This document shows, in pieces, positions 51,687 through 55,390 of a stretch of 55,390 nucleotides of DNA; position 1 is the first letter of the stretch, and each line of letters opens with the position of its first letter. This DNA is from Halocafeteria seosinensis (taxonomy: Eukaryota), in the NCBI GenBank assembly GCA_001687465.1, contig LVLI01000370.1, positions 1-55,390 of the forward strand, in the 5' to 3' direction. Position numbers and translations under genes: made by a program. Under the pieces are notes generated by a model, which was not told the origin of the DNA, ran no database searches, and was given only the letters and a program-made list of their open reading frames with translations.

Positions 51687-53889
51687 TTTGTTGTTTGTCC
51701 CGGAGCAATGGATGGTGGTAAAGCGCACAAATTGCTCTCAACCGAAGGAGCAAACGACCCGCTTCGTTTGCCAATATCGAGCAATCAGACAAACCAGACG
51801 CACGCTAACACCTGGGGGAAAAGATTATGCTTATTTACAAACGGTGCTCGAATTGCAAACAATGCTGATACAGTAGTCTTCATAATGTATGGAATTCACG
51901 CTGGGACGAACATCCCCACGTTTCGGCTCCATGTCTCTTTCCCGTTGAATCTCATACCGGTAATAGTTCATAAAATAAAATATCACATCTACAGCTTCTC
52001 AACGGAAACTCAAAAGCTCCCGTACTTTTCCCGAGCAAAGAACCAATCGAGGTCGAGTTTGGTTAGAGTTTTCCCCCAAACGAGTGACCGGTTCACTGTC
52101 CAGTTGATCAACTGTGATAACAGGTTTTCTTTACCAACTTTTAGGCGCCAAACGCTCAAAGGTGTACCTTGAATCCTTGACTACCGGTAGGCTCGATAGC
52201 TGTATGACAGAACCTGTAACCTGCAGTACCCCCGCTTGGAACTTCTGGCTGGAAGCGTGTGTTAGCGACGATCAAACGATGAGAATTGGATTGGTTTCTC
52301 GCGACGACCGGTTAGAGTGAAAAACTGCTAGATAGAAAAGAATATTGGGCTTGTACACCTAGTGGATGAACCCAAAAAATGAAGCGCGCTTGCGCTGGGG
52401 TTTGATCTTCTGCGAACGACTGGAAGTATTACACGCTTCCGGGCGCGCCTGTTTCCCCCGAGAGAGAGACACAGGGAATTGATATGAGCTAGCCCAGTAC
52501 TTTAGAGCTGAGGGCGGTCTAATTGGATATCCCATGAAAGGCGAGCGAACAAGCTTAATCGAGGGGGTGTCGCAGCCGGTCTTGCGACATCAACACGCTG
52601 ATTGAGGCTGCACAGAGGAATTTAATGTCTCATTCGATGGGGAATCTTTTCATTGTGTCTTAGAGGAGCTCAACGTCTGCTTGGTCCATGAGAACCACGA
52701 CCATGAAGCCGGTAACATAGCGGAGAACCATGGGACAGCGCCGAGCGAGTATGTACTTCATGATTACCATCGAGCACGCATCGCAAATTGGGGTCTTAGC
52801 ATTTCCCTAATGTTGCTCAAGTCCTCTCATTTCGGTGCTATAGTCGTGGACGTACTGTGCACGCTTTTGAGTACGGCGTGAGGATGTGCCGATTCTCACT
52901 TTGGTGGATTCCAACATTGTTTTTGTACAGGAGCAACTCTTTGCAGAGGAAGGCCCTACGAATTCGTGGTAAGTTTGAAGGCGCGATTTGCATGTACTCT
53001 GCATTCTGAATTAATGGCAGTTCTCGTCCATCAGAAGGCTAGTCCCGATGCGTATACAGTGTACAGAATCTCCAACCCGCTCAACGGGCTTCAGCGTTCA
53101 TACACATGGCATTAGAGTTGTAGTTGCCGTGGACACTACACGAGTTGTGTGCTCTACTTTTGCAGTCGAATTATAATGTGGGCTTATGGATTCAACGCGC
53201 AGAAACTTTTGTGTAAGTGGATTTTCCTTCACGCAAAGAGAGATCGCATCTTTGTACAAAGTACCGTGCATCGCACGGTGATTCCCACCCTTGCGATGCT
53301 GCCCAGATGCGTAGAGAGAATGGCGGTCTGTGGGCTTAGACTTCCTGCTATTTTCTTCACAGGGTCCGAGTTTTAGTGACCTGTCAATATTATCAACGAA
53401 TTGTTCCCATGTTACGCAGACATGTATGTTTCCGATTTTGATAAGTATGGTTGCCATTGGTTGGCCTAGTTGCCTGCATGAGGTGGCACTCTTGGCGGTA
53501 CTGCATATTTGGCTTGCCATTGCCACCTAGTGCGACAACGGTGGACCAAGTTCGCAGCTTGCTCAATTCCTGAGCATTTGTGCAAGTTAGTAGACTGGTC
53601 AACATTCTGTCCACGACTGCAGGATACAATAGTGTTAAGTTGATCCTATACGAGGAGCACATGAGGTAGGTCTTTTTCAAACAAGTTGCTGCCAGCATTT
53701 TGGTGGCTGAAGCTACCTATTACGCAATGAGGCTCTGCTTCAGATGCCTAATGCGACAGAAATTTGTCAAGTTCGCAGCTTGTGCATGCATGATCATGTT
53801 ATGTGCAGGTTATGGGCTTGCCAACACTAAAATACTATGTGGTGTAGTGCAGAGCTGAAACAATAGAACTTCGAAAATGGTGTGCTAGA

Positions 53890-53932
53890 CACACACACAC
53901 AAATGTGACAGATAGCCCACCGGCGGGGAAGT
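53890..53932. repeat. Direct repeat copy 2: (CA)n-AATGTGACAGATAGCCCACCGGCGGGGAAGTT
   Basis: Near-identical to 45569-45612. Confidence 0.85.
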
Positions 53933-54499
53933 TAGACTCTGAGGTAAGTGTACGTCATATACTGGGTTACTGTTTTCGGGGGTTCGCCGCATTCGAAGTT
54001 GTTGAGGATGAACTATTTTCTTCTACATTCTTCTGAATATTGCGAATAGCAAGTCCGTCGAGGAGATTAGCTTACACATGTTCCGTTGTGTGTGGGTTAT
54101 GAACTTGCCTACATTTACTGCTTTTCGGCCTTCATTGATAAATGCAGAGGATACTTTTCCGATAGGCGACATTAATCACCGAATCTTGCTTAAGTTCATA
54201 ATAAATGCCACATGTTACGTACCTTAGCTATCAGGTCTCACGGGTTCATTATCGAACTTGCTTCACTGGGATTTCTGTGTCAGAGCGAATCACATGTGAA
54301 CATGTACCGAAGCTTGAGCTGAAACCCAACACAACAATGGAATTATTGCTTCATTAGCACAAGCGTCCAGGGGCTTCTTATGGCATCGCTTTTGAAAGTG
54401 CTCACGTGAGGAAGTGTAGACATGAGTACCCTTCAGACGATACGGATTCCGCTTCAGTGTGCTATCGACGTACCTTGGGCTACGCGAATGCTTCTCATC

Positions 54500-55050
54500 T
54501 GCGCACCCACAATAAAAAAATGATGCAAAATTCCCCCCTGTCTGAATGCAATGTGGAGACGTGTGTAGTCGTGAATAGACCAAGATCGACAACACATGGA
54601 CTTCACTCCTCCAGTCCCTACATTTATATGGCATCGAGTTTCAAGCACAAACCAGGGGGGGTTGTTTGTTGCCAGAATGTGCCCAAGTTCGATGCCGAAC
54701 TTACACCTACGTGGTACATATGGTTGTATTGTATTGCCCAATTACATACCTTGGAATCCAGCTTCGATTCCCCAGGCATGCAGGGCTGAAACAAGTCGAA
54801 TTCTCGGTGGTGAACCACTGCATTCTATCGAGACACCTTGTGCGAGTTGAACTGGCTGAATTCTAACAATGGACCTTGGCAATGGGGACGTTTGTACACC
54901 CGGCTTGCGAAACTGGAAGCTTCCTTGCTTCCATGTGCGGTCGCACGTTGCGACTGCATGCTGCAGAATACATTACGAAGCCCATTGCATGCATGCTACA
55001 GACAAGCAATGGCATTGGTTCGAAAATTGCACCAGATTTGGGGAGGATCA
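54500..55050 (+). pseudogene. Possible highly decayed ankyrin-repeat gene
   Basis: Scattered ankyrin-like peptides in different frames: QNSPL, SPYIYMASSFKH, GTFVHPACETGS and RSPLHACYRQAMALVRKL. Confidence 0.3.
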
Positions 55051-55390
55051 TCTGAGTGAGCCGTGAATACCCTAGAATGGGAATGAATTATGGACTGTGG
55101 AATCCATCCTCGTCCGAGACTGCGCAGAATGTCCCATAAATGAATTGCAAAAAAGACAAGGTTGCATGAATCGCTCGATTGAGACTCTTCCGAGCCATGA
55201 GCGCAACATAAATAAAGCGATGCTTGGTGAAAGTGTGAACTGTCGATGAGATCGCCGGCGTGCTCTACAAAATGTGTTCGACGGCCGTAGAATTCCTCAG
55301 GGCTTAATGGCTAACTCCTCAGTATCATTGGGTTATGCATGCTGGGATAGGAAGCGTGATGCTGCTGTGGTTAAGAGATACGTCCTAGCC

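Noticed and set aside
51534..52172. 212-aa plus-strand ORF
   Set aside because: It has a non-ATG start, overlaps the nuclease gene's first exon and promoter in antisense, and has no recognisable motif.
1..55390. Alternative genetic code or non-canonical/introner introns
   Set aside because: TAA, TAG and TGA all terminate conserved genes. The introns I resolved are GT-AG and show no obvious sequence similarity to each other.

Overview
This is a gene-dense eukaryotic nuclear window in the standard genetic code, with short GT-AG introns of mostly 50-100 nt. The organism is probably a flagellated protist, since it has a TTC29 homolog; a stramenopile/SAR origin is only my guess. Bases 1-20 kb and 28-45 kb hold compact housekeeping genes, often head-to-head: WD40 (PLAA/DOA1-like, partial), FHA, HAD/LNS2-like, PRCC, a very large MABP-Sec7-PH ArfGEF, an HMG-box/histone-fold fusion, mitochondrial citrate carrier, RPC9, TTC29, CDC14, a type-B carboxylesterase, eIF3e, RNase Z and BRE1. 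Three accessory zones stand out. (i) A decayed intronless LRR array at about 2.1-2.8 kb. (ii) Three tandem claudin-like tetraspan paralogs at 21.5-27.1 kb, interrupted by a decayed CRE-like non-LTR retrotransposon; the third paralog lacks three of the four introns shared by the other two. (iii) A block at 45.6-53.9 kb bounded by a short direct repeat, carrying a divergent Sar1 paralog and a bacterial-type AAA-ATPase/PD-(D/E)XK nuclease fused to an intron-rich eukaryotic header (Crinkler-like architecture), followed by possible ankyrin debris. All gene models were spliced by eye and all family calls come from motif recognition, not database searches.
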